DNA of 63,677 bases, counting the filler, from Candidatus Woesearchaeota archaeon (GTDB lineage Archaea > Nanobdellota > Nanobdellia > SCGC-AAA011-G17 > CAYFGV01): assembly GCA_964342845.1 (NCBI GenBank). It is 4 parts of 4 records of this genome, joined end to end, with 100 filler letters (N's around TTAATTAATTAA, not from the genome) between each part and the next. Parts side by side here need not be neighbours in the genome. Positions count along the whole stretch, not along the records: positions 34,685 to 49,907 come from CAYFGV010000014.1; positions 50,008 to 63,677 come from CAYFGV010000016.1; 2 more parts are not named here. One strand, 5' to 3'. Under the pieces are notes generated by a model that was given only the letters and a program-made list of their open reading frames with translations, did no database searches and was not told the origin of the DNA. Of this stretch, positions 46,947 to 56,535 are shown in pieces (positions within the stretch are counted from its first letter, which is position 1; each line of letters opens with the position of its first letter). A program made the position numbers and the translations under genes.

Positions 46947-48140
46947 TTAATTTATACAACAACAAAGTCCATAAGTAGAAGGTATTTCTCTTTTTCTATA
47001 AACTAAGGTCTTATTTCCGCTTAAATGTGCGTATCTACAAGATAGTTGATGATATTTTTTATCTGATATTGTTACTATTCTTAGATCCCTAGCAATATCT
47101 AAAAAAGCTTGTGCTGATTCTGGATGGAACTGGGTTCCTTTTCCTTCTTTGATTATGTTAAAAGCTCTTTCAGTATCAATACCATCTCTATATGGTCTGT
47201 CTGAAACAAGTGCGTCAAAAGTATCAGCTACCGGAATAGGTCTACTTATCTCAGGTATTTTTTCCATATATAGTTCATGAGGATAGCCTTTCCCGTCCCA
47301 CCTCTCGTGGTGATGTAGGATAATACTTTGATAATCTTTATCAAACATGTCTCTTTTTTGAAATATTTGATTTCCTTTTTCAGGGTGTCTTCTCATCTGA
47401 TCCATTTCTTCATCATTTAATCTACTTGGTTTATTTAATATATCGTCTGGGACACCTATTTTTCCAATATCATGTAGTAGTGTACCAAAACGAAGCCCTA
47501 TTAGGTTAAAAAGGTCGTGTCCTAACTCTCTTGCGATTTGAATCGTATATTGTGTTACTCTCCAACTATGGTCTAATGTGTATCCATCACGAGCTTGTAA
47601 TGCATTATTAAGGACTAGGAGTGTGTTTTCTTTTTGTAATAAAGCATAAATATGGGCTGATATTACAGGACCAACACTGTATTTTAATAGAGAAACATCT
47701 TCTTCACTAAAATCCCCATCTTTTCTATTTCCCATACAAAGCTTTCCTAAATTTAGCCCACCCACTTCTAAGGGGACTATAATTGAACTAGTTCTATATT
47801 CACTTGATCCATCTTCTCTTTTTCCGAGCTTTTTTACTAGTTTAACTTCTTTTTCTTGGGTAGGTGGCACTACTTCTTGGGTTCTGTAAATAATTTGATC
47901 TTCTAAATCAGTAGCAGAAGCAATTGATAAAATGCGGGTGGAGTTAATCTGATCTATAAGCATTAAAGAAACCATCTCAGCATTAAATATTTCACTTAGA
48001 TAATCAACTAATTTATCCGCGTATGTACCTCTTATGCGAGAACCTCTTAAAAAGATATTTGTTGTTTGGACAATGTTTTCCAGGCAAGGAATTTGGTGTT
48101 CTTCTATATTATTAGAATTATTAACTTTCACGTTTATCAC
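46947..48140 (-). CDS. GAF + HD-GYP phosphodiesterase
   Basis: YTLDHSWRV, LHDIGK, HHERWDGKGYP, ADTFDAL..RPYR; N-terminal IIVPL...G.L...NR GAF-like. Confidence 0.88.
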   Translation of the reverse strand: MINVKVNNSNNIEEHQIPCLENIVQTTNIFLRGSRIRGTYADKLVDYLSEIFNAEMVSLMLIDQINSTRILSIASATDLEDQIIYRTQEVVPPTQEKEVKLVKKLGKREDGSSEYRTSSIIVPLEVGGLNLGKLCMGNRKDGDFSEEDVSLLKYSVGPVISAHIYALLQKENTLLVLNNALQARDGYTLDHSWRVTQYTIQIARELGHDLFNLIGLRFGTLLHDIGKIGVPDDILNKPSRLNDEEMDQMRRHPEKGNQIFQKRDMFDKDYQSIILHHHERWDGKGYPHELYMEKIPEISRPIPVADTFDALVSDRPYRDGIDTERAFNIIKEGKGTQFHPESAQAFLDIARDLRIVTISDKKYHQLSCRYAHLSGNKTLVYRKREIPSTYGLCCCIN

Positions 48141-48275
48141 TCTTTATTTATGGAACGTAATGTAGAGGCAAAGAATTACCTTATAAGTTTATTGGTGATT
48201 TCTAACTTAGTTTTTATTACAGTAATCTAAAAATACTAGGTTGGGTTCCTTATTACATATTTTGGAGGTTATAAT

Positions 48276-48614
48276 ATGAAGATTAAACTTTTACCAACTA
48301 ATCAAAATGAGGTTGATGCAAGACTACGTGAGTTGCTAGAGGACAATGCATTTGTTAAAGAGCATGACATTGTTGTTCTTAATGTAGAAGGATATGAAAC
48401 TGTGCCTGGATTAGGGGTTGTTTCAAATAATGGTGTTTCAAATTCGATAAGATCTTACCCTTATGATCGACATTTTCGATCTAAAGATAGGTCTGTTCCA
48501 ATTAATGGTTTAGAAGTTTTAACAAATTCAGATAAAAATGATGTTTGTTATGCTTCTTTAATCCATTTAGATAGAAAAATTGTTGTAGATTTTAAGTATA
48601 AAAATAAAGGATAA
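48276..48614 (+). CDS. Hypothetical protein
   Basis: 112-aa ORF with GGAGG RBS. Confidence 0.65.
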   Translation: MKIKLLPTNQNEVDARLRELLEDNAFVKEHDIVVLNVEGYETVPGLGVVSNNGVSNSIRSYPYDRHFRSKDRSVPINGLEVLTNSDKNDVCYASLIHLDRKIVVDFKYKNKG

Positions 48615-48622
48615 GATGTTGA

Positions 48623-49474
48623 TTACTTATCTTCACTCTGTTGATATATTAACAAATCTTCTGTAGTTAATTTTTTCTTCTGTTTTATCTTTTCTTCAAC
48701 TTCTTTTGTTTTTTCTTTTACTTTTTTCTTAGTTCTTTCTTCTTTAGTATCTTTTTCTTGTTTTTTTAATTCTTTTTGATTCTTATTTAAATCCGATAAA
48801 TTATCTTTTAATTTATCATTTAACCCGGAAAATTTATTCTTAAACTCTATGAACCTATTAAATGCAGTCTCTTGTTCTTTTTTCAACAACTGTATTTCCT
48901 TAGATAAATTAGCAAATGTTTCAAAATTTTTCTTTTGGTGCATCAACCCAAGAATTTGATTATGATATTCTTCTGCTCTTTTCTTGTTTTCTTCTATTGC
49001 TTCTGATATATTCTTAGAACTATTATAAATTTCCTTTAATGCATTATCTCCTTGTTGTTCTTTCTTTAATTGTTTGATTTTCTTCATAGTTCTCTGTTCT
49101 TGCTCAAAAGTCAACGGTTCTGTTTCTATTTTTTGCTCTAATTCTTCAATTTGTTCATTAACATTCTTAGGTTTATAATCTTTTAATTTATGGTCTTTAT
49201 TGATCTCTTTTATTTTTAAGATCAGCTCTTTAACCTTTTTATTATACTTATCTCTTTCTTGAGTTAGTTTTTTCAAAGAAATAGTCGATTTATCACTTAC
49301 AGACTTCAATTCCTTAATCTTTTTAATTAAACTAGAGATTTGGTTTTTTAATTCTTCTTTCTTTTTAAACCAAGTTTCTTTCTGTTCATTTACTTTAGTT
49401 AACTCTTGTTTAGAGTCAATAATTTCCCTTTTTATCTTTTTTATAGACTTTATTAGGTCATTTTTGTTCCACAT
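48623..49474 (-). CDS. Archaeal coiled-coil protein (COG1340-like); start trimmed to MWNKND
   Basis: Long coiled coil, LEQKIETEPL, C-terminal KKLTTEDLL; the upstream ORF extension overlaps rpl12 and is spurious. Confidence 0.8.
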   Translation of the reverse strand: MWNKNDLIKSIKKIKREIIDSKQELTKVNEQKETWFKKKEELKNQISSLIKKIKELKSVSDKSTISLKKLTQERDKYNKKVKELILKIKEINKDHKLKDYKPKNVNEQIEELEQKIETEPLTFEQEQRTMKKIKQLKKEQQGDNALKEIYNSSKNISEAIEENKKRAEEYHNQILGLMHQKKNFETFANLSKEIQLLKKEQETAFNRFIEFKNKFSGLNDKLKDNLSDLNKNQKELKKQEKDTKEERTKKKVKEKTKEVEEKIKQKKKLTTEDLLIYQQSEDK

Positions 49475-49547
49475 TTCAAAAATCTGATAAGAATGCTTAT
49501 TTAAAAATGTTTTGATAAAGAAAAAAATAAAGAAAAAATTTAAGGAA

Positions 49548-49850
49548 TCAACCGAATAATGATCCCAAACCTGCAGCAGCCGCACCTTCGTCTTTTTTCT
49601 CTTCTTTCTTTTCTTCCTTCTTCTCTTCTGCCTTAGGAGCTTCTCCACCAGCAGGAGCAGCAGCAACTGGAGCACTAGCAGCTTCTTTGATTAATTCTTC
49701 AATATTAACGTTTTCCAAAGCTGATACTAATGCTTTAATTTTAGCGTCATCAGGCGTACCACCAGCAGCCTCAACAACTTTCTTAACAGTCCCCTCATCT
49801 ACTTTTTTGCCTAATTTATTAATTAATAAAGCGGCGTAAATCATTTCCAT
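49548..49850 (-). CDS. rpl12: Ribosomal stalk protein P1/L12
   Basis: MEMIYAALL, Ala-rich hinge, acidic tail AAAGLGSLFG; GGAGGT RBS. Confidence 0.95.
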   Translation of the reverse strand: MEMIYAALLINKLGKKVDEGTVKKVVEAAGGTPDDAKIKALVSALENVNIEELIKEAASAPVAAAPAGGEAPKAEEKKEEKKEEKKDEGAAAAGLGSLFG

Positions 49851-49907
49851 TTTAATTACCTCCAATATTATTATCTTTCATTTTTTTGATAACTTCCTGA
49901 GCCTTCT

Positions 49908-50007
49908 NNNNNNNNNNNNNNNNNNNNNNNNNNNNNNNNNNNNNNNNNNNNTTAATTAATTAANNNNNNNNNNNNNNNNNNNNNNNNNNNNNNNNNNNNN
50001 NNNNNNN
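49908..50007. other. Artificial contig linker
   Basis: N-TTAATTAATTAA-N, 100 nt. Confidence 0.98.
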
Positions 50008-50580
50008 ATTGGTATGGTTCCTGTTGGAAAAGTTGAAACAGGAGTTATGAAGGTTGGTGACAAAGTAATAATTGTACCAGGAAGAGAAGGAACAGGTGTT
50101 ACTGGGGAAGTAAAGAGTATAGAGATGCATCATGAACAAATTCAGGAAGCTATTCCTGGAGATAACATTGGATTCAGTGTTAGAGGTGTTGGTAAAAAAG
50201 ACATAGCTAGAGGAGATGTTTTAGGACATACTGATAACCCTCCGACTATTGTTTCAGAATTTACTGCACAGATTGTTGTGTTGAATCACCCTAGTGTTAT
50301 AACTGTTGGTTATACGCCTGTGTTCCATATACACACTTCACAGGTTGCATGTAGATTTGGAGAACTAGTTAAGAAAGTTAATCCAGCTACTGGTGAAACT
50401 TTACAAGAAAAACCTGATTTGCTAAAGAATGGTGAAGCAGGAATTGTTAAGTTGATACCTACAAAACCACTGGTTATTGAAAAACAATCTGAGATTCCAC
50501 ATATGTCTAGATTTGCTATCAGAGATGCAGGTCAAACTGTTGCAGCTGGTATGTGTACAGACTTTGTTAAGAAATCTTAA
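50008..50580 (+). CDS. tuf: Elongation factor 1-alpha, C-terminal fragment
   Basis: [36 protein letters not shown]. Confidence 0.95.
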   Translation: MGMVPVGKVETGVMKVGDKVIIVPGREGTGVTGEVKSIEMHHEQIQEAIPGDNIGFSVRGVGKKDIARGDVLGHTDNPPTIVSEFTAQIVVLNHPSVITVGYTPVFHIHTSQVACRFGELVKKVNPATGETLQEKPDLLKNGEAGIVKLIPTKPLVIEKQSEIPHMSRFAIRDAGQTVAAGMCTDFVKKS

Positions 50581-50674
50581 TTTCTTTTTTTCTTTTTTAT
50601 ATATTTTAAAACCATAAAGTTTATAAATAACTTAGATTATTAAATTATTAGTTTTCTAAAAAGGTTGAAACTAA

Positions 50675-51316
50675 ATGGAAGATATGACAAAACTTAAGAC
50701 AGGAACAACAACTATCGGTATTGTTTGTAAAGATGGTGTTGTGTTAGCAGCAGATAAAAGAGCTACTGCTGGGTATATGATTGCTAATAAGAAATTTCAG
50801 AAAATTCATAAAATTACTGACAAAATAGCTATTACTATGGCTGGTTTGGTTTCTGATGCTCAGTTAATAACTAAGTTGATACAAGCTGAGTTGAGATTAA
50901 AAAGAATCAGAACTGGAAAAGATGTTAAAGTTAAAGAAGCAGCTAGTTTGTTGTCTGGAATAGTTTATGCTAATATAAGGAAGATGAGTATGGTTCCTGG
51001 TATTGTTGGATTTTTAATGGGTGGTAAGGATGCTATTAATGGTTTTAGTTTATATGATTTAGGGATTGATGGTTCAATTAATAGAGTAGATGATTTTACT
51101 TCTACTGGTTCTGGTTCTGTTTTTGCTTATGGTGTTTTGGAAACATTATATGATAAAAACATGGATATTAAGAAAGGTGTTGATTTAGCTGTCAAGTCTG
51201 TTAATGCTGCTATGAAGAGAGATGCAGCTAGTGGTGAGGGTGTAGATGTTGTAGTTATAACAGAAAAAGGAGCTGAAAGGCTTCCTACAAGAAGATTAAT
51301 AAGTACTTTAGAATAA
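50675..51316 (+). CDS. psmB: Proteasome beta subunit
   Basis: Propeptide KTG|TTTIG, AADKRAT, TGSGS, RDAASG. Confidence 0.95.
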   Translation: MEDMTKLKTGTTTIGIVCKDGVVLAADKRATAGYMIANKKFQKIHKITDKIAITMAGLVSDAQLITKLIQAELRLKRIRTGKDVKVKEAASLLSGIVYANIRKMSMVPGIVGFLMGGKDAINGFSLYDLGIDGSINRVDDFTSTGSGSVFAYGVLETLYDKNMDIKKGVDLAVKSVNAAMKRDAASGEGVDVVVITEKGAERLPTRRLISTLE

Positions 51317-51336
51317 AAAACTTTTTTTGAGATAAA

Positions 51337-53235
51337 ATGATTAAAATTCTGGAACAAATTAAAGAAATGTTGCCAGCAAATGCTAATGTTAGCACAACTG
51401 GCTTTGAAGGCGCTAATATAGTGATTTACACTAAAAGTAGAGACTTCTTTCTTAATCATAATACTATTATTAGAGAGATAGTTAATACTATAAAGAAAAG
51501 AGTTGAGGTGAGACCAGATCCTTCTATGACATCAGACCTGGAAAAAGCTGAAGATGAAATTAGCAAATTGATACCTGATGAAGCAGGAAATATAAATATT
51601 ATTTTTGATCCTCAAAGAAGTGTTGTGACTATTGAAGTTGAAAAACCTGGTTTAGCTATTGGTAAACAAGGTGAATTGTTAAAATTAATTAGAGAAAAAA
51701 CATTGTGGGTGCCTTTGGTTAAAAGAATTCCAGCTATTAGGAGTAAAATTATTGAAAGCATTAGGCATGTTTTGTATGAAAATAATGATTATAGAAAGAA
51801 ATTTTTGAATACAGTTGGGGAAAGAATATATGGTGAGAGAAGAAGTGCAAAACCAACATGGATAAGAATCACTTGTTTAGGGGCTGCGAGGCAAGTAGGT
51901 AGAAGTTGTTTTTTGTTGCAAACTCCTGAGAGTAAAATTTTATTAGATTGTGGGATGGATGTTGCTGCTTCTGAAGATAATGCTTATCCTTTTTTTGATA
52001 CACCAGAATTTAGAATTGAAAGTTTAGATGCTGTTATTATCAGTCATGCACATATTGACCATTCTGGGTTGGTGCCTTTGTTATTTAAATATGGATATAA
52101 AGGTCCTATTTATTGCACTTTTCCTACAAGAGATGTTATGGCTTTGTTGGCTTTGGACATGATTGGTATTGCTCATAAAGAGGCTAAAAAGAGTTTGTAT
52201 ACTAGTGCTGAAATTAAAGAGATGGTTAAGCACACTATATGTATTGGTTATGAAGAAGTTACTGATATTACTCCAGATGTTAGATTGACTTTTTACGATG
52301 CTGGACATATTTTGGGGAGTGCTATTGCTCACTTACATATTGGAGATGGAATGCATAATTTTGTTTATACTGGTGATATGAATTATGAATTGAGTAATTT
52401 ACTTGGACCTGCTGTGACAAAATTTCCTAGAGTTGAAACTTTGATGACAGAGGCTACTTATGGTACTAAAGATGAAACTTCTGCTACAAGACAAGAATCT
52501 GAAGATTTTTTGATTGATATTATTAAGAGAACCTTAGACAAAAGTGGTAAGGTTTTAATGCCTGTGTTAGGGGTTGGAAGGTCACAAGAGATAATGATTA
52601 TTTTAGAGAGGTTGATTAGAGAAGGTAAGCTGAAAGATGTTCCTGTATATATTCAAGGAATGGTTTGGGATGTTACTGCTATACATACTGCTCATCCTGA
52701 TTATTTTAATAATAAAATTAGAAAGTTGATTTTTCATAAAGATACTAATCCTTTTTTATCTAAAGTTTTTAAGCATATAGCTGGTCAAAAAGAAATGAGG
52801 CAAGTTATTGAACAAGGAGGACCTTGTGTTATTGTAGCTACTTCTGGAATGCTTACAGGTGGAGCTTCTTTAGAATATTTTAAGAATTTATCTGATGATC
52901 CTAAAAATTCTATTGTGTTGACTAGTTATCAAGGAGAAGGTTCTATTGGAAGAAGATTAGAGAATGGTGAGAGAGATTTTGCTTTTAGTTCTGGTGGAAA
53001 TAAACAAGAAATTCTTAAAGTTAAGGCAGAGTTTCATTCTTTGCATGGGCTTACAGGGCATTCAACATATAAGCAATTAATGAATTATTTGAATCACGTT
53101 AATCCTAAACCTAGGAAGGTTATTTTTATCCATGGTGAGAGTTCTAGATGTTTAGAAATGGCTTCAACTATTCATAGACAGTTGAGAATAGAAACAGCTG
53201 CACCTAAAAATTTAGAGACTATAAGGTTGAGGTAA
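51337..53235 (+). CDS. fttA: KH-domain beta-CASP ribonuclease aCPSF1 (FttA)
   Basis: N-terminal KH domains, SHAHIDH, AGHILG, LTGHS, HGE; follows psmB. Confidence 0.93.
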   Translation: MIKILEQIKEMLPANANVSTTGFEGANIVIYTKSRDFFLNHNTIIREIVNTIKKRVEVRPDPSMTSDLEKAEDEISKLIPDEAGNINIIFDPQRSVVTIEVEKPGLAIGKQGELLKLIREKTLWVPLVKRIPAIRSKIIESIRHVLYENNDYRKKFLNTVGERIYGERRSAKPTWIRITCLGAARQVGRSCFLLQTPESKILLDCGMDVAASEDNAYPFFDTPEFRIESLDAVIISHAHIDHSGLVPLLFKYGYKGPIYCTFPTRDVMALLALDMIGIAHKEAKKSLYTSAEIKEMVKHTICIGYEEVTDITPDVRLTFYDAGHILGSAIAHLHIGDGMHNFVYTGDMNYELSNLLGPAVTKFPRVETLMTEATYGTKDETSATRQESEDFLIDIIKRTLDKSGKVLMPVLGVGRSQEIMIILERLIREGKLKDVPVYIQGMVWDVTAIHTAHPDYFNNKIRKLIFHKDTNPFLSKVFKHIAGQKEMRQVIEQGGPCVIVATSGMLTGGASLEYFKNLSDDPKNSIVLTSYQGEGSIGRRLENGERDFAFSSGGNKQEILKVKAEFHSLHGLTGHSTYKQLMNYLNHVNPKPRKVIFIHGESSRCLEMASTIHRQLRIETAAPKNLETIRLR

Positions 53236-53271
53236 GGAAAAGTATTTAAACAAGTTAATTGAAGTTATTGT

Positions 53272-54063
53272 ATGAAACACGGTTTATATGTAACTTTATG
53301 GTTGGTGATGTTTTTTGTAATTGCACAATTAGTTGGTGTTTTAGTTGTTAGTAAGTATCTTGCTGTTGAAGAATTGCCTTATGGAATTGAAAGGCCTGAA
53401 ATTGAAGAAGAAACTTCTTATATTCCTATTGCTATTGCAATTATTATTGCTACTGGTTTGGCTTTGTTGATTATGAAACTTGGTGTTTTAAAACTTTGGA
53501 AGGCTTGGTTTTTTTTGGGTGCTGTGATTACTATGTTAATAGCTTTTGGGGCTTTTGTTAGTCAAAGTATTGCTCTTGTTTTAGCTGCAGTGTTAGCTGT
53601 TTTTAAAGTGTTTAAACCAAATGTTTATGTTCATAATTTTACAGAGTTATTTATTTATTCTGGGATTGCTGGTTTGTTTGTTCCTTTAATGGGTTTGTTA
53701 GCTATTTTTATCTTATTAATCTTGATTAGTATTTATGATATGGTTGCAGTTTGGAAGACTAAACATATGATTTCTTTGGCTAAATTTCAGAGTAAAGCTA
53801 AAGTATTTGCTGGATTAATGATTCCTTATGACAAAGGAAAGAAAACTGCTATTTTAGGTGGAGGAGATATTGGTTTTCCTATGTTGTTTGTTGGAGTTGT
53901 TTTAAAAAGTACAGGTGTTTTAGATGCTTTTTTAGTTATTTTATTTGCTGCTATTGCTTTGCTTTTGTTGTTTTTTTATAGTAAGAAGAATAAGTTTTAT
54001 CCTGCAATGCCTTATTTAACTGTTGGGTGTTTTGCTGGATATTTGGTTGGGTTATTGATTTAA
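53272..54063 (+). CDS. Presenilin/SPP-family intramembrane aspartyl protease
   Basis: YD, LGGGD and PAMP motifs. Confidence 0.9.
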   Translation: MKHGLYVTLWLVMFFVIAQLVGVLVVSKYLAVEELPYGIERPEIEEETSYIPIAIAIIIATGLALLIMKLGVLKLWKAWFFLGAVITMLIAFGAFVSQSIALVLAAVLAVFKVFKPNVYVHNFTELFIYSGIAGLFVPLMGLLAIFILLILISIYDMVAVWKTKHMISLAKFQSKAKVFAGLMIPYDKGKKTAILGGGDIGFPMLFVGVVLKSTGVLDAFLVILFAAIALLLLFFYSKKNKFYPAMPYLTVGCFAGYLVGLLI

Positions 54064-54071
54064 GATATTTT

Positions 54072-54608
54072 TTATATTAAACTTAAAGCTATTAAAGCAA
54101 CTGCTGTGAATCTTATTATTCTTGGGATTATTCCTATTAATACAAAGTATCTTATTTTTAATTTGAAGATTCCTGAGAACCAACAAAAAGGTACATAAGG
54201 TATTGGTGATACTGCAGAAATAAATAAACCATAGTAACCATATTTATTAAATAAATCATGATATTTTTGATATCTTTTTCTTACTATTTTTTTAAATCCG
54301 GGTAAACCATATTTTTTACCTATAAAATAAGAGATGAAACTTGCTGTTATGCTTCCTAGTGATGCTGATAATAAAACTAAAGTAGGATTTAGTTTTACAA
54401 TTATACCTGCAATGATTGGAATATCTGGGCCTATTGGTTGGAATAACATATCTGCCATAAAAGAGATTATGGATATAGCTGGATAACTGTAAGTAATAAT
54501 AAATATACTTATATTTTCTTTTAGATTTGAAAGTTCTAGAAATCCTAGAATGAATATTAGTAAAATTATTACTAAGGCAATTAGAAATATTTTTTTTGCT
54601 TTTTTCAT
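54072..54608 (-). CDS. DedA/VTT-family membrane protein
   Basis: QPIGPD, SYFIGK, SPIPY...SG, IPRIIRF. Confidence 0.85.
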   Translation of the reverse strand: MKKAKKIFLIALVIILLIFILGFLELSNLKENISIFIITYSYPAISIISFMADMLFQPIGPDIPIIAGIIVKLNPTLVLLSASLGSITASFISYFIGKKYGLPGFKKIVRKRYQKYHDLFNKYGYYGLFISAVSPIPYVPFCWFSGIFKLKIRYFVLIGIIPRIIRFTAVALIALSLI

Positions 54609-54671
54609 TGTGTTTTATTAATTTAGATAGTAATATTTATAAACTATTGGATTTATCTTTTTTGGAAGGAA

Positions 54672-54971
54672 ATGGTAAGAGAAATTCGTATTTGTGTTGG
54701 TATTGTACCTTATGATGGTCAAATTAGTTTAAAAAATAGTAATCGTGTAGCTAAGATTAATGAAGTAGAGTATATGGTCTCTACAGGAGAAATAGTTTCT
54801 GAGAGTGGTATGTATAAGCATCTGATTTCTAATCGTCTTAAATGTTTAAAAGGTATTAAAAGAGGAAGTAGTTTGAGTGATATTGTTGACGGCGTTATAG
54901 ATTCTGATGATTTTTATGTAGAAAAAAATGAGAAGAAGATAGTGATAGGTTTTAATGAACCTAGTTTATAA
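54672..54971 (+). CDS. Hypothetical protein
   Basis: 99-aa ORF with TATA box upstream. Confidence 0.6.
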   Translation: MVREIRICVGIVPYDGQISLKNSNRVAKINEVEYMVSTGEIVSESGMYKHLISNRLKCLKGIKRGSSLSDIVDGVIDSDDFYVEKNEKKIVIGFNEPSL

Positions 54972-55083
54972 TAAACTATTATAGTATAATCGACTATGAA
55001 ATTTGGTATGTTTTTATTACCCTCTAATGACTAAAAACGAAAGCTTTATAAATAACATAATTGTTCTATTTTAGTGATAAAAT

Positions 55084-55866
55084 ATGATAATGAAAGAAGA
55101 TTTTGTTAAGAAAATAAGAGGCTCATTTAATTTAAATGAGTATGAAGCAAAGATTTGGATATCTTTATTAAGTAAAGGACAAGCTACAGCTGGAGAATTA
55201 GCTGAAATAAGTAATGTACCAAGATCAAGATGTTATGATGTTTTAGAGTCTTTAGAGAAAAGAGGCTTTATTGTTATGAAATTAGGTAAACCTATAAAAT
55301 ATTTAGCTGTTGAGCCTAAAGAAGTTATAGAAAGAGTTAAAAAAAATATTAATACAGATGCTAAGAGTAAAATAGAGATGGTTGGCAATGTTAGTAAAGC
55401 TCCTATTTTTAATGAGTTGAATTTGCTATTTAATGATGGAGTTACACATATTGACTCATCTGCTATATCTGGAGCTATTAAAGGCAGAGGAAATTTGCTT
55501 AATCATGCTGAAAGTATGATTAGAAAAGCTAAGAATTCTGTTGTTATTGTTACAACTGAAAAAGGTTTAGATAGAAAAATTGAAAATTTAGGATATACTT
55601 TGAAAAAGTTAAGTGATAAAGGTGTTAAAATTAGAGTGGCTGCTCCTTGTGGAGATAAAGAATTGGTTAAGGGTTTAGGAAAGTATGCTGACTTTAAAGA
55701 AATTAAAGATTTAGATTCAAGATTTGTAGTAGTAGATTCTAAAGAGATATTATTTATGCTTAATGGCGAAGAAGTTCATGATTCTTATGATATAGGTGTT
55801 TGGTCAAATACAACTTTATTTGCTAAAGCAGTGAATGATTTGTTTGAGTTTAAGTGGAATAGTTAG
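55084..55866 (+). CDS. TrmB-family transcription regulator / chromatin protein
   Basis: LNEYEAKIW...VPRSRCYDVLESLEKRG HTH; C-terminal RFVVVDSKE. Confidence 0.9.
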   Translation: MIMKEDFVKKIRGSFNLNEYEAKIWISLLSKGQATAGELAEISNVPRSRCYDVLESLEKRGFIVMKLGKPIKYLAVEPKEVIERVKKNINTDAKSKIEMVGNVSKAPIFNELNLLFNDGVTHIDSSAISGAIKGRGNLLNHAESMIRKAKNSVVIVTTEKGLDRKIENLGYTLKKLSDKGVKIRVAAPCGDKELVKGLGKYADFKEIKDLDSRFVVVDSKEILFMLNGEEVHDSYDIGVWSNTTLFAKAVNDLFEFKWNS

Positions 55867-55920
55867 GCGTGTTTTTTAAATTAGAGAAAGTTATATAAAT
55901 AACTTTATTCTATTAGATTT

Positions 55921-56154
55921 ATGATTAAAAGACCCTCAAATATATATCTGATGGTACTATTGGTGTCAATACTTTTGTTGTTTGCTAGTTTGTATTTTAT
56001 TAGTTTAAGTAATTATTTGAATATTTTGGATTATTCTCCAGTAAATATGGGTTTTATGGGTCTTTATTATGCTTTATTTTATTTATCTGTAGTTTTTGGA
56101 GTTTTGTCAGGAGTTCTATTGGTTAAAGGAAAGTATTTTAAAGGAAAAAAGTAA
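55921..56154 (+). CDS. Small 2-TM membrane protein
   Basis: Two hydrophobic helices; TATA box upstream. Confidence 0.6.
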   Translation: MIKRPSNIYLMVLLVSILLLFASLYFISLSNYLNILDYSPVNMGFMGLYYALFYLSVVFGVLSGVLLVKGKYFKGKK

Positions 56155-56164
56155 GCATTTTGGC

Positions 56165-56491
56165 ATGGTTTTTTTGGGGAATGGTAGGAATCATAAGAAT
56201 GGAACAAGGCTTGTTGTGAGTGGTGTAGGTCAGAATTCTAAAGGGTTAAGGAAGATACGCAGAGGGGATGCAGCAGGTGCTGCAGCTGATTTGAAAGATA
56301 AATTAAAAGAAATGGCTGACAAGCATTCTAACATGACTGTTGGTGATTTTTTAGATTACTATATTTTGAACTGTGCTTCTAATGTAGCAGCTATAGAGGA
56401 TTTGGGCTTGGATGAACTGCGTGAAAAGTCTATTGGATATCCTTTTTCTTTTTCATATTATGTTGAGAGAGCTGTTAAGAAATATTTTTAA
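56165..56491 (+). CDS. Hypothetical protein (start probably ATG 56165)
   Basis: Host-like codons; this start avoids overlap with the previous gene. Confidence 0.55.
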   Translation: MVFLGNGRNHKNGTRLVVSGVGQNSKGLRKIRRGDAAGAAADLKDKLKEMADKHSNMTVGDFLDYYILNCASNVAAIEDLGLDELREKSIGYPFSFSYYVERAVKKYF

Positions 56492-56535
56492 AGTAATCAC
56501 AAGTTTTAAATATTCTTTAGTTTTAAAGTTAAATT

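Noticed and set aside
49475..49675. N-terminal extension of the 350-aa coiled-coil ORF
   Set aside because: Out-of-frame overlap with rpl12 and its terminator region
17407..50007. Three identical TTAATTAATTAA palindromes within N runs
   Set aside because: Artificial scaffold linkers; the ORF-track stops at 17458/17459 are artefacts
54975..54997. Palindromes ACTATTATAGT and ATAGT-N7-ACTAT upstream of the TrmB gene
   Set aside because: Could be an operator, but AT-rich and not seen elsewhere in the window; insufficient support
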